The notes: generated by a model from the sequence alone, not told the origin. Positions 20,601 to 27,935 are shown, numbered from the stretch's first letter. The stretch: DNA of 32,000 nucleotides from Crocosphaera subtropica ATCC 51142 (GCF_000017845.1 NC_010546.1:1350001-1382000), one strand, 5' to 3'. Numbers and translations: made by a program.

Positions 20601-20615
20601 GGAAGACTGACTCAT
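14664..20615 (-). CDS. TamB/AsmA-like translocation and assembly module protein (cyanobacterial counterpart of plant TIC236), C-terminal DUF490
   Basis: 1983 aa. It has a single N-terminal TM anchor (IIIATTSVTLVFIGYAGLSFF), a very long Asn/Ile/Leu-rich repetitive beta region, and a C-terminus ...LRLFPVLETVYKLEDNALIRFSYDYTLDEATIRYENKF typical of DUF490. Confidence 0.8.
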   Translation of the reverse strand: MSQSSPPPNPFSSRFNRFLRFVRQPKTIIIATTSVTLVFIGYAGLSFFLREYLPPWLEKQLSKVIYRPVEIGELEGFSFTSLQLEDAYIPETSEYSSQLTAETIKVTFNPLTILLQRKLAVNVFPQKVTVKIREKKPGQWLNVKATDEVIPLNFDLSVNVKNTEIILLPYQSEKTVNIKVAGNVEYEKSKQRKWLYDINLGLVESNEIELQGETFVKSTKSKISLQLNQLPLQAWLSIFPNLPFNLDESYLKANLNLNLPSLRDLRETKGQGNVQLEDFQAKANSLKKPIQADLAVQFEDNKIFINQGKIILGDILTTLQGYYDWQKGSNIKIEVQNVNIDNVLEVIPIKLPVKANGNFNINVNVTGLITNPIIQGKFINNQLISIEKTPFKTILAEFKVTLDETVLEQFLIEPQAGGQIQAKGSITQNISQLIEQKKPIDIKQFPIQLNFQTALPSQKLINTYYTLPSNLNLNILQAKGELRGKLGDINGLIEWQTSGNFSQPNTTILGQGEIVIRQNNLLLKDTAIRAAQGIIDITGSGNLTTKKWQSSINTESLSLTPFAALICIEIKLQCPKNLILQQGNIRLSGEINQSFIQSLDVNSNLLLSVEKGKIIINSNLNKNQLQTNITTLELPLDSFIPNLPVAVSISDSRLNISGNLETIWSNGSLNLSEINGDGNIVLRIEDSLVTAIGKLENESLEVVANINSLSVNQIVPKLPIPVNLVNSDINITGELRSLTFSNLISNLNNLQITANSDLLIANRSITATTEISEGIIKGNASLTPLAVAPFIIEGYPIINVRKAETNFTGNLSSLLALNFKDFQGNTHTELEIGNGIVTIDGKINNDQISGDITTQNIDLSSFNTGLFSTFTSDKLNSKINASFPLTPLLTSASLIPFTVNRVSLEVGKQNLKGKGDFVVSNIWTSPDIERFFFDIDTNFDLSELPLTQLLDKIPINRQLLPTTIELIGKGNFIGSLLGKNLLTAPFLQGNLQIIGDVNLANLSFNEQQFEPELSGELNINTFNQISLNIEGRQDKISAIINPCFQENCPLVSIIDSFEIRQTYNNNTPILARVERNNDNLVANIESLPIDILKIAPLGNYGLPEYLGGLINLEISFNPSDLNTVGKVTITSPRFGNVVANQFEASLIYRDELILLERTQLTIGNSNYNIVGSLNINSGEVQGKIDIDQGKIQDLLTALQLYNWDSLLRLLRLKQPNFTTAENVKLNPVGNTLNSIAEQLYIFWKNDQKIKEIFAKTQAGDLPRELDIKGQYNAEMILGGTIKNPQVAIQFQGNEWTWNPQPSTASIVQPLGLVMEGSQVIPIDKIAINGQFKDGTVSVNPMIQLGSATASGILNLSYNSGQYSLESSGFEVKNLTLDLVRNLIVIPSDVNGSIHVKGVLNGTLNNPIINGIFAFNEGVINARPLNIDLIGQFNYSNDKLQVATNQPEYINISANLPFPIVENKNDQFIIRANLGREAFALLSPLTLDQVIWVGGDGNVTANIQGKISIDNQLRISLDSDSQISLNLDEAKFTNNLIPTLITLNGQANIKNRSINVDQLTLNVVKSRLGITGSLPLLPLQNEQNVNNPLTIQVRQNEVNNSGIYQGLINGEVLITGALINPQISGNINLTEGKLNLPKLNLKPEETSLVLEKWLGTIASEGNIVIPPKLKDFKITLDNITVKNETTRLIARNFLNIGANLNLSGNLTLNGQINRLSLIEILSVEPSGQIKINSGQVNIPVTRVFISDQNQNTLTFLPEQGLLNPLINLELKLYIFAVALRSIKDNEIPDDIVQSGRAKSAEITLNVQGSANEVLPNVSNIIGDVCQFNNQTSPPIENYNKTSPENLRALARCIEVNNLGANSIGDLLRSPIVSFSSNPPLTNTELSTLFGQQLPELVEQLQGQNSSQLLETGVVQSAVVILPFLQDWIFETNQQTTQFGENIGLTNLRLFPVLETVYKLEDNALIRFSYDYTLDEATIRYENKF

Positions 20616-20762
20616 GAGGTTTCCAGGATGAGGAGACGTTAAAACAGGATTTTCTGACTAATTTAACGTACTTGAAAAAAATCTTTCTCAGAAATCGGTG
20701 AGCAATAGGGGGCAATATGCCTCACAATAAGAAAGAGAAACCACCAAAGGAGTAACCCACAG

Positions 20763-21944
20763 ATGTTGGCATACATCCTAGCGATCGCTGTTGGCCTTGC
20801 AAGCTTAAGTCTTTATTTATCCGCTTTTTTCCTTCCTGAATTACACCGAAAAGATGATTTTCTTTGGAGTGGTGTCGGTTTATTTTACGCCCTAGTCCTC
20901 TGGGTATGTGCAGGAAGCGTAACGGGGGGTGTGTTGTTAGGGCAAAGTGCTGCGGTGACGTTAGTGATATGCTTTGGTTGGCAAACCCTGCGGTTAAGAC
21001 GGGCGATGGCACATCCTGACGAAAAAACTGATATTCGCGGATTTTCTGTGGTCAGTTGGGTACAAAACCGCTTCAAGAAAAAATCGTCCTCTCCTGTCCC
21101 TCCAGTGAGTGAAACGCCAGAAGAAGAACAACCTACCCCTCAACAGGAAACAGAGGTTACCACTGAACCGAAAACAGAAACGACCCCAGAAGAAACACCC
21201 GTTATCTCTCAGGTAGAAACCCCAGGAGAAAGCGACGTTATTGCTGAACCTGAAACTGAAACTATTCCAGAAGAAACCCCCGTTATTTCCCAGGTGGAAC
21301 CTCCAGAAGCAACAGACGTTACCCCTGAACCTGAGACAAACATTACCGAACCAGAAACGAGTGTTACCTCAGAGGTTGAAACTGATGAAGAAACCGATAT
21401 AATGGCTGAACCTGAGACAGAAACCACTGAAAAGAAAAAGCAAGGATTTTCCTTTAAATCCTTATTTGGGTTAGGTAAATCTAAATCTCAACCCACTACA
21501 CAACCCCCCGAAAAAATAACTTCTGAGGCTGATCTCGAAGACAGTAACTGGGATGATGATGATGAGGAAGAAGAAGAAGAAGGCAGTTTAGATATTGAAC
21601 AAGTGACTCCTAGTCTGGAAGAAAAAACAGAAACAATCAAGTCTGAACCCGTTGCAGAAACTAGCGAAGTTAATCAACAAGCATCAACCGAAAAAGAGAC
21701 AACCGAAGTGACAGCAAGTCTTGAAGAATATGTCAATGAATTTGAACCTTACATAGCTGATGATGATGCAGAAACTGTTATCGAAGACCATCAACCCGAA
21801 AGTGAATCTTCTGAGTCTGAAACCACTGAAAAAGATGAGGAACAACCTGTAAAAATTGAAGATGCTACTGCAAAAGTTACTGATCAGCCTAATCAGGAAA
21901 CTGACAAAAATGATGAAGATAAATTGAATCAATCCTCAGAGTGA
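20763..21944 (+). CDS. ycf66: Ycf66-family membrane protein with a long acidic, repeat-containing C-terminal tail
   Basis: The N-terminal ~85 aa, MLAYILAIAVGLASLSLYLSAFFLPELHRKDDFLWSGVGLFYALVLWVCAG, match the Ycf66_N pattern. The rest is E/T/P-rich. AGGAG lies about 10 nt upstream of the ATG. Confidence 0.75.
   Translation: MLAYILAIAVGLASLSLYLSAFFLPELHRKDDFLWSGVGLFYALVLWVCAGSVTGGVLLGQSAAVTLVICFGWQTLRLRRAMAHPDEKTDIRGFSVVSWVQNRFKKKSSSPVPPVSETPEEEQPTPQQETEVTTEPKTETTPEETPVISQVETPGESDVIAEPETETIPEETPVISQVEPPEATDVTPEPETNITEPETSVTSEVETDEETDIMAEPETETTEKKKQGFSFKSLFGLGKSKSQPTTQPPEKITSEADLEDSNWDDDDEEEEEEGSLDIEQVTPSLEEKTETIKSEPVAETSEVNQQASTEKETTEVTASLEEYVNEFEPYIADDDAETVIEDHQPESESSESETTEKDEEQPVKIEDATAKVTDQPNQETDKNDEDKLNQSSE
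21156..21431 (+). repeat. Imperfect 81-nt (27-aa) tandem repeat, about 3.4 units, inside ycf66
   Basis: The units are VTTEPKTETTPEETPVISQVETPGESD, VIAEPETETIPEETPVISQVEPPEATD, VTPEPETNITEPETSVTSEVETDEETD and IMAEPETETTE. Confidence 0.8.
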
Positions 21945-22021
21945 AAATTACAGTCAAATTACTATTTACTGTTCTCCTTTGCTGAACTCAGGTTAATCTA
22001 GCCTATGTGACGCAACACTTT

Positions 22022-22927
22022 TTAATTAGTGTCTCTCATCTCTCCTGATTCTTCTACTTCCTCTAATACCCTCTTGCTCTGACAAAATAATTGAATAGAT
22101 TCGATTTGTGGCGCAATTTCCCCAAACCAATCTCGATAAATATTTTGTGCTGATGGAGCCTGAATAACCGAGTTGATAAAACTTAACCATTCAGGATTAT
22201 TATCAGGCAAAATCAGTCCATATTCTTCGCAATCAATAGGATTAGTTGGCACTAAACTATAATCAACACCTAGTCTTAAATTTTGTATCAATGCTTCCCC
22301 GACTAAGAGAATCCCATCACTAGCAAAAGCATCTATTTTATCTCCTCTTAATGCTTGTATGCCTCGTGATCTTCCTGTTACTCCTTCAAATTTAACTAGG
22401 TTAGCTAAGGGGTATTTTTCGGCGATCAACTGCTCGTTTGTTGTATTTCTTAAAACGCCAATATCAACATTTTCTAAACTTCCATCAGGATTAATCGTTT
22501 TGGCTTGATCAATGCTTACTAATAACTGAGTTCCTGTTAAAAAAAAGGGTTGAGAAAATTGGACTTGATATTCAGGAACCTCTCGAATGGTATTCGGTCC
22601 GCATTCTAGATCCACAATGCGATCGCTCGCTAATTCAAAACGATTATAAAGCGTTGATTTATATAATTTAATAGCGATCACTTTTTTATTTAGTTTTTGT
22701 TTCAGTTTTTCTCTAAGAATAGCAATAAAATCTAAACATAATCCCTCTAAATTTCCATTAATATCTCGATAGCCAAAAGGAACCGCATCTTCACGGATAC
22801 CAACTTCTAATAAGCCTGTTTTATCAATTTTTTCTAAGACTGTTAGTTCTTGAGCATGGCTCAGTGAACCATAAATAAAGAATAGGAATAAATTAATAAT
22901 CGATAGATAAAAAACTAATTTTTTCAT
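22022..22927 (-). CDS. Family-3 (amino-acid type) ABC transporter substrate-binding protein, secreted
   Basis: 301 aa. A signal peptide (MKKLVFYLSIINLFLFFIYGSLSHA) is followed by LEVGIREDAVPFGYRDINGNLEGLCLDF, as in SBP_bac_3. No permease or ATPase gene is adjacent. Confidence 0.75.
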   Translation of the reverse strand: MKKLVFYLSIINLFLFFIYGSLSHAQELTVLEKIDKTGLLEVGIREDAVPFGYRDINGNLEGLCLDFIAILREKLKQKLNKKVIAIKLYKSTLYNRFELASDRIVDLECGPNTIREVPEYQVQFSQPFFLTGTQLLVSIDQAKTINPDGSLENVDIGVLRNTTNEQLIAEKYPLANLVKFEGVTGRSRGIQALRGDKIDAFASDGILLVGEALIQNLRLGVDYSLVPTNPIDCEEYGLILPDNNPEWLSFINSVIQAPSAQNIYRDWFGEIAPQIESIQLFCQSKRVLEEVEESGEMRDTN

Positions 22928-22941
22928 GATTTTTTTATTTT

Positions 22942-23988
22942 TTAGCTAACAGAATCCCAAGGATCTAAAATGTCTTTAAATAACACCTCTTCAATCCAAG
23001 TTTTACCCACAACAGCTAAAGGAAGAGCCAATAATAACCCTAATATACCAAAAGTCTGAGCGAAAAAGATTTGTGCCATTAATGTCACCGCAGGGAGTAA
23101 AGAAACTTGCTTAGCCATAACCGTAGGGGTTAACCAATAACTTTCAATATTTTGAATAATAAAATACCAAATTAGGATTGCCCAAATTTTCCAAGGATTA
23201 TCTAATAAAGCGACCATTAAAGGGAAAATAACACTGGTAGCAGGACCCACATTCGGAATAAAATTGAGTAATCCGGCTAATAAAGCATGAACCAAAACTA
23301 ATTTGACTTGTAATAACCATAAACCTACACCACTTAAAGCCCCAATGAATAAACAATTGATGGTAACGCCTGTTAACCAATTTCCTAAAGCTACTTCAGA
23401 AAGAGTCAAAATTTCGTCCCCTCGTTTACGATAAAAAGAGGGAAAGAGTTTCAAAAATAAACGACGATATTTTTTAGGGTCAATAATCATCGTAACGGTG
23501 AGGAAAAGAACAAAGATTCCTTGTAAAATAACAGCTAAAGAATTAGAAAAGACTGTGAAAAAATTAGTAAAAATGTCGGTTAATAACGGTTGTAAACGAG
23601 TCAATAAATTACTTAAAGAAGGGGGTTGCGGTAACCAATCAAAACGACTTTGTGTTTCTGATAATAAAATCAAATTACTGCGAAGTCTCTCCCAAACAGT
23701 AGGCAATAATGCTAATAATTTTTGAAATTGATCGACAAAGGAAGGAACGACTAACCCAGCAAATAAACTACTTAAAATAATAATTGCAATGACAACAATG
23801 ATGATACCCAAATTACGTCTAATATTGAATTGTTCAAGCCACTTAACCAGTCGATTTAAAGCCGTAGCAAAAACAACCGCCGTAAATACCAGTAATAATA
23901 CCTGTCTAATTTCCCAAAGAATATAACCGGAGATGATTAAACTAGATAAGCCAAGCCATTGACCAAGATTCATGGAAATACGAAACAA
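22942..23988 (-). CDS. AI-2E family transporter (PerM/UPF0118)
   Basis: 348 aa polytopic protein with ...LNFIPNVGP... and ...AQTFGILGLLLALPLA..., typical of UPF0118. Confidence 0.8.
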   Translation of the reverse strand: MFRISMNLGQWLGLSSLIISGYILWEIRQVLLLVFTAVVFATALNRLVKWLEQFNIRRNLGIIIVVIAIIILSSLFAGLVVPSFVDQFQKLLALLPTVWERLRSNLILLSETQSRFDWLPQPPSLSNLLTRLQPLLTDIFTNFFTVFSNSLAVILQGIFVLFLTVTMIIDPKKYRRLFLKLFPSFYRKRGDEILTLSEVALGNWLTGVTINCLFIGALSGVGLWLLQVKLVLVHALLAGLLNFIPNVGPATSVIFPLMVALLDNPWKIWAILIWYFIIQNIESYWLTPTVMAKQVSLLPAVTLMAQIFFAQTFGILGLLLALPLAVVGKTWIEEVLFKDILDPWDSVS

Positions 23989-24043
23989 CTCTAATGAAGT
24001 TTTTTTCTTAGGCTACCATTTTGTTTCATTTTTGGCTTCTAAA

Positions 24044-24078
24044 AATAAAAAAAGGAAGAAAGTTAATCTTTCTTCCTA
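24044..24078 (-). terminator. Rho-independent terminator of the ctp gene
   Basis: AGGAAGAAAG (24054..24063) pairs with CTTTCTTCCT (24069..24078) across the loop TTAAT. On the minus strand the stem is followed by TTTTTTATTTTT. Confidence 0.65.
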
Positions 24079-24108
24079 TCATCATTAATTTTTCTGATCA
24101 ATTACAGG

Positions 24109-25410
24109 TTATCGTAAACTACCACGAGCATTGGTTCCACCAGCTTTGGCAATTTCTTTTTTCAATTCTTCGTAAGCTTGGTCAAATTGAGGATCACCAA
24201 AATCTCCAATTTTATCCCGTTGCTGTTGAAGTTCTTTTCTTTGTTCCTCAGTCAATTCCACCAGAATATCGGGTTCAATACCCTGCTTATTAATATCTCG
24301 ACCACTAGGAGTTAAATACTTAGCAATGGTCACAGCGAGTCCTGAGGTACCATCTCCTAAACGTCGAACCGACTGGACTAAACCTTTACCAAAGGTTTTC
24401 GTTCCCACTAAAGTTGCTCGTTCGTTATCCTGTAAAGCCCCCGAAAGGATTTCACTGGCACTGGCAGAACCACCGTCAACTAAGATAACCAGGGGTTTAT
24501 CGGTCAAAGCACGGTTAGTCGCTTTTTGCGCCTCTAGTTCTCCATTGCGACTAACAGTAGAGACAATTCTACCTTCATCAAGCCACATCCGAGCAATTTC
24601 TACGCTAGAGTAGAGAAGTCCTCCTGGATTAGAGCGTAAGTCTAAGATATAGCCAGTTACCTTAGCTGCTTCGGCTTCACGAATTGCATCACGCATTTCC
24701 TCACTGGCATGGGCGCTAAACTGAGTCAAACGAATATAACCCACCTTACCCGTAGGAGTTTCTTTGACCTGAGCTTTAACCGGATGGAGTTCAATACGCG
24801 CTCGAACGATAGGATAATCAATTTCTTGATTGGTACGGCGAATCGTTAATGTAACTTTGCTTCCGGGTTTACCACGAATGAGTTTAACCGCATCTTCCAC
24901 TTCCATGCCTTCGGTCGTTTTGCCATTGATCTTAATAATGACATCTTTGGCCAAAATGCCGGCTTCAAAAGCTGGCGTATCTTCGATCGGCGCAACAACC
25001 GTTAATTCTTTGGTTTCTTCATCCTTCGTAAGCTGAATACCCACTCCGGTTAATTCCCCAGAGGTATCAATTTGCATATTTTTAAACTCTTCGGGGTCCA
25101 TAAAACGGGTGTAGGGATCACCCAATTTTTCTAACATCTCCCGAATGGCTTTGTAAGCCTCTTCTTTCGTCTCATAGGTTTTAGACTCGCCAACGTATTG
25201 CTGACGAATTGCAAGCCAATCTACTTGATTAAAGGTCGCATCAACATAAGTATCATTAATAACTTGCCAAACTTCATCGACTAATTGTTTGGGATTGTTT
25301 TCCAGATAAGCAAAGCTACGGGAAAAACGTAGCCCGGCTCCGGTCACAGCAACGGCGGTTAAAACTGCAGCAGTGGCACCAAGAACTAACCCTTTTTTGT
25401 AATTGACCAT
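24109..25410 (-). CDS. Carboxyl-terminal processing protease, S41A family (Ctp). The paralog is not resolved.
   Basis: 433 aa with an N-terminal anchor, a PDZ domain (GVGIQLT...APIEDTPAFEAGILAKDVIIKING) and a catalytic region (DLRSNPGGLL, VLVDGGSASASEI, GTKTFGKG). Confidence 0.88.
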   Translation of the reverse strand: MVNYKKGLVLGATAAVLTAVAVTGAGLRFSRSFAYLENNPKQLVDEVWQVINDTYVDATFNQVDWLAIRQQYVGESKTYETKEEAYKAIREMLEKLGDPYTRFMDPEEFKNMQIDTSGELTGVGIQLTKDEETKELTVVAPIEDTPAFEAGILAKDVIIKINGKTTEGMEVEDAVKLIRGKPGSKVTLTIRRTNQEIDYPIVRARIELHPVKAQVKETPTGKVGYIRLTQFSAHASEEMRDAIREAEAAKVTGYILDLRSNPGGLLYSSVEIARMWLDEGRIVSTVSRNGELEAQKATNRALTDKPLVILVDGGSASASEILSGALQDNERATLVGTKTFGKGLVQSVRRLGDGTSGLAVTIAKYLTPSGRDINKQGIEPDILVELTEEQRKELQQQRDKIGDFGDPQFDQAYEELKKEIAKAGGTNARGSLR

Positions 25411-25609
25411 AAGCTAAGTGTGTGTTTATGAAACTTCTATAACAGGCGAGTGCTGACTCTAAGACAGGAACTTGTCTGAATTATTTTTATTCAGTATATC
25501 TTAGACTTTTGTTACTTGACTTAGTAAACTCATTTTATCGAGTTATTTTTTCATAGAGTAAGCCTCCCACCAATCATAACATTGTCCTTATGATAATGAT
25601 GGAAATCTG

Positions 25610-26410
25610 ATGACAGACAGTACCTTGTTTACCAGTGATTCTCTAAAAAATCAACGTCAAACCCTACGCCATCAACGGCGTTTAAAAGCATGGCAAGGGG
25701 TGTGGCGATTTCTATTCCTCTGTGGTATGGCAGGAGGATTAGTCTGGAGTGTTAGTTTACCCCATTGGCTCGTTCGGGAAAAATCACAAATTAAAATTTT
25801 GGGCAATGAGCGACTAGACACAGAACAAATTCACACCATGCTGGATATGAGTTATCCTCAGTTAATTTGGAAGTTACCGATCCATGACTTAAGAGAAAAA
25901 CTCGAAAGCCAACCCCCTTTAGAAAGCGTTTATATGACTCGCCAGCTACTTCCCGTAGAAGTGACCATTATGGTCAAAGAAAGAGACCCAGTCGCTGAGG
26001 CAACGATGGGAGAAAAGGCAGGTTTTATCGATGATGATGGGGTTTGGATTCCCCAAACATTTTACCAACAGGCCAAAGTTAAACCGTCGGTGAAGCTGAA
26101 AGTGTTAGGGTTGAACCCATCCAGTTTAACCTATTGGAAAAGTATTTATCCTTTAATTATCAAGTCTCCTGTAGAAATTACGGCACTTGACTGGCGTGAT
26201 CCAAGTAACTTGATCTTACACACAACTTTAGGAAAGGTGCATTGTGGAACCTATCTTGATCAAGAACAGTTCCTTAAGCAACTCCAAGAGTTAGGGAAAC
26301 TGCGTCCATTATCTTCCCAAGTGGCAAAAGAACGGATCATTTATATCGATTTATCTAAACCGGATGCTCCCTCAGTTCATCTCAAAGATATTCCTTCAGA
26401 ATCTGATTAA
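25610..26410 (+). CDS. ftsQ: Cell division protein FtsQ/DivIB (POTRA domain)
   Basis: 266 aa. A basic N-terminus and one TM segment (FLFLCGMAGGLVWSV) are followed by IKILGNERLDTEQI...VTIMVKERDPVAEA...GFIDDDGVWIP, the cyanobacterial FtsQ pattern. Confidence 0.8.
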   Translation: MTDSTLFTSDSLKNQRQTLRHQRRLKAWQGVWRFLFLCGMAGGLVWSVSLPHWLVREKSQIKILGNERLDTEQIHTMLDMSYPQLIWKLPIHDLREKLESQPPLESVYMTRQLLPVEVTIMVKERDPVAEATMGEKAGFIDDDGVWIPQTFYQQAKVKPSVKLKVLGLNPSSLTYWKSIYPLIIKSPVEITALDWRDPSNLILHTTLGKVHCGTYLDQEQFLKQLQELGKLRPLSSQVAKERIIYIDLSKPDAPSVHLKDIPSESD

Positions 26411-26543
26411 TTTAATTAACCCTGAATCTATCAGTTGGGGGAAATCAGGACTTGTTTATAATCTAACTTTTTGAAGATGGTTACTTACAAAAAAAATGTT
26501 TAGATCGAATTAAATAAGTTGAATTCAATTTAATTATTAATTT

Positions 26544-26813
26544 ATGAATAACTCCACAGAAAATGAAAATAAAAGAGTGCTTAACGAAGGCGATCGCATT
26601 AAGGAAGAAAATCAAACCGTTGAAGAAAAATCAAAACAAATCGCAGTAGATACCTGGGATATTGTTGGTCACGAGGTTGTACCCACCTACTTCATTGTTG
26701 AAAATGAAGATGGTTCTCAAAAAGCATTACACCACATTAAAGACGCAGAAGAGATCAGTGATACTATTCGTCAAGCTAGAACGGATGAAAATGGCGAACG
26801 CAAATGGTGGTAA
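26544..26813 (+). CDS. Small acidic hypothetical protein
   Basis: 89-aa ORF followed by a good terminator. I recognise no motif. It ends ...ENGERKWW. Confidence 0.45.
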   Translation: MNNSTENENKRVLNEGDRIKEENQTVEEKSKQIAVDTWDIVGHEVVPTYFIVENEDGSQKALHHIKDAEEISDTIRQARTDENGERKWW

Positions 26814-26846
26814 CTCTGGGCTTAAATAACCAATCACAATCTTAAT

Positions 26847-26880
26847 TCCCCAACCTAAAGCAGTTGGGGATTATTTTTAT
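26847..26880 (+). terminator. Rho-independent terminator after the 89-aa ORF
   Basis: TCCCCAAC (26847..26854) pairs with GTTGGGGA (26863..26870) across the loop CTAAAGCA, followed by TTATTTTTAT. Confidence 0.65.
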
Positions 26881-26985
26881 CAATGAATGAATAATTAATA
26901 ATTATTTAATGAAATAAAAGTAGCCTTAACCAATATTGCTGTTTCTTCTTAGTAGCCTATGATAATTAGAGGTGGTGTAATTAAC

Positions 26986-27038
26986 CTGAGTCGGAGTTCG
27001 GAGTGCGACTACGTCGTGCTACGCAACGGAGTTAGAGC
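26986..27038. repeat. GC-rich repeat-like element in an AT-rich spacer (possible small dispersed repeat or MITE remnant)
   Basis: CTGAGTCGGAGTTCGGAGTGCGACTACGTCGTGCTACGCAACGGAGTTAGAGC contains degenerate GAGTnCG units and an internal CGAC-tac-GTCG hairpin. It is bracketed by ATTAACCTGAG (26980..26990) and ATTAACCTTTGAG (27078..27090). Confidence 0.25.
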
Positions 27039-27120
27039 ATATGCAATGAAATAATGGGTGTTTTAGGCAACGATTTGATTAACCTTTGAGCTTATCCCGA
27101 ATAGACGTTAATTAATTTCT

Positions 27121-27735
27121 ATGATATCTAAACAAACATTAGAAATCCGTTGGTATGAGCTAGGCTTATTACCATCACATATTTATAATTGGTTTCAGTG
27201 CGATTGTCCTGGTAAAATTTTAGATCAAGTCAATAGTAGAACAGATTACTATTTATGGACCAAAAATAATGCTTCTATGAGTGTGAAATTAAGAGAAAAT
27301 GTCATAGAAATGAAGTGGAAAGATAATAATTTTGATTCTCCTGAGTTAAAGTTAGAGCAAGATCATACCAGTATTTGGCAAGGTAATATTGAAAGATGGA
27401 TAAAATGGAGACATAACCAACCTTTAGCCTCTAATTTACAAACAGTAATTAGAACCGATGGCAATAACTTTCCCTGGATAGCTATTAATAAGAAAAGATG
27501 GCAAAAACTTCATAACAATGTAGAAATTGAAATCAGTGAAATTAAAATTAATCAGCGACAATATTGGAGTTTAGCCTTTGAAATGGAAGAAAATCCAAAA
27601 CAGTCAATTCATACATTTTCCCAAGCTATTACAGATGTTTATAAAACGACAAAACAATTATTTTTAGGGAATGAGCAATGTTATGCTTATCCTAGTTTGC
27701 TGCTGAAGCACTTATCAGCTATTGGTCACTGGTAA
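27121..27735 (+). CDS. Hypothetical protein, possibly CYTH-like (triphosphate tunnel) fold
   Basis: 204 aa. Charged residues alternate along predicted beta-strands: TLEIRWYE near the N-terminus (compare the CYTH ExExK motif), SVKLRENVIEMKWK, VEIEISEIKI and WSLAFEME. This rests on motif resemblance only. Confidence 0.45.
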   Translation: MISKQTLEIRWYELGLLPSHIYNWFQCDCPGKILDQVNSRTDYYLWTKNNASMSVKLRENVIEMKWKDNNFDSPELKLEQDHTSIWQGNIERWIKWRHNQPLASNLQTVIRTDGNNFPWIAINKKRWQKLHNNVEIEISEIKINQRQYWSLAFEMEENPKQSIHTFSQAITDVYKTTKQLFLGNEQCYAYPSLLLKHLSAIGHW

Positions 27736-27935
27736 CCGATCACTGTTCAATACGACTCTATTCTTATGTCCACTTACTTATGTCTTTTGGTAGAAGTGAT
27801 CAATATCTAATTTTTTTAAGATGATAAGTAGGGCTAATATTCAAAAATAAAGACGATGTAAAAAGTATTCAATCTCAATCTCAATAAACCAGACAGTAAA
27901 AAAATAATTGTTAATTTTCAGGAGATAAAAAGCCT

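Noticed and set aside
14664-20615. Low GC content of the tamB-like gene as evidence of horizontal transfer.
   Set aside because: HIP1 sites occur inside it (15010, 18407). The bias follows from its Asn/Ile/Leu/Lys-rich repetitive beta-structure. The gene is part of the conserved cyanobacterial core.
21209-21427. A 72-aa antisense ORF (Ser/Gly/Val-rich) within the ycf66 repeat region. Similar antisense ORFs lie at 20722..21012, 20885..21076 and 21684..21932.
   Set aside because: It is the mirror image of a GAA/ACC-rich tandem repeat. That is a typical artefact of repeat sequence staying open on both strands.
27763-27784. CTTATGTC repeated twice at a 14-nt period upstream of tal.
   Set aside because: An 8-mer occurring twice in AT-rich DNA is within chance expectation. 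I know of no regulator motif that it matches.
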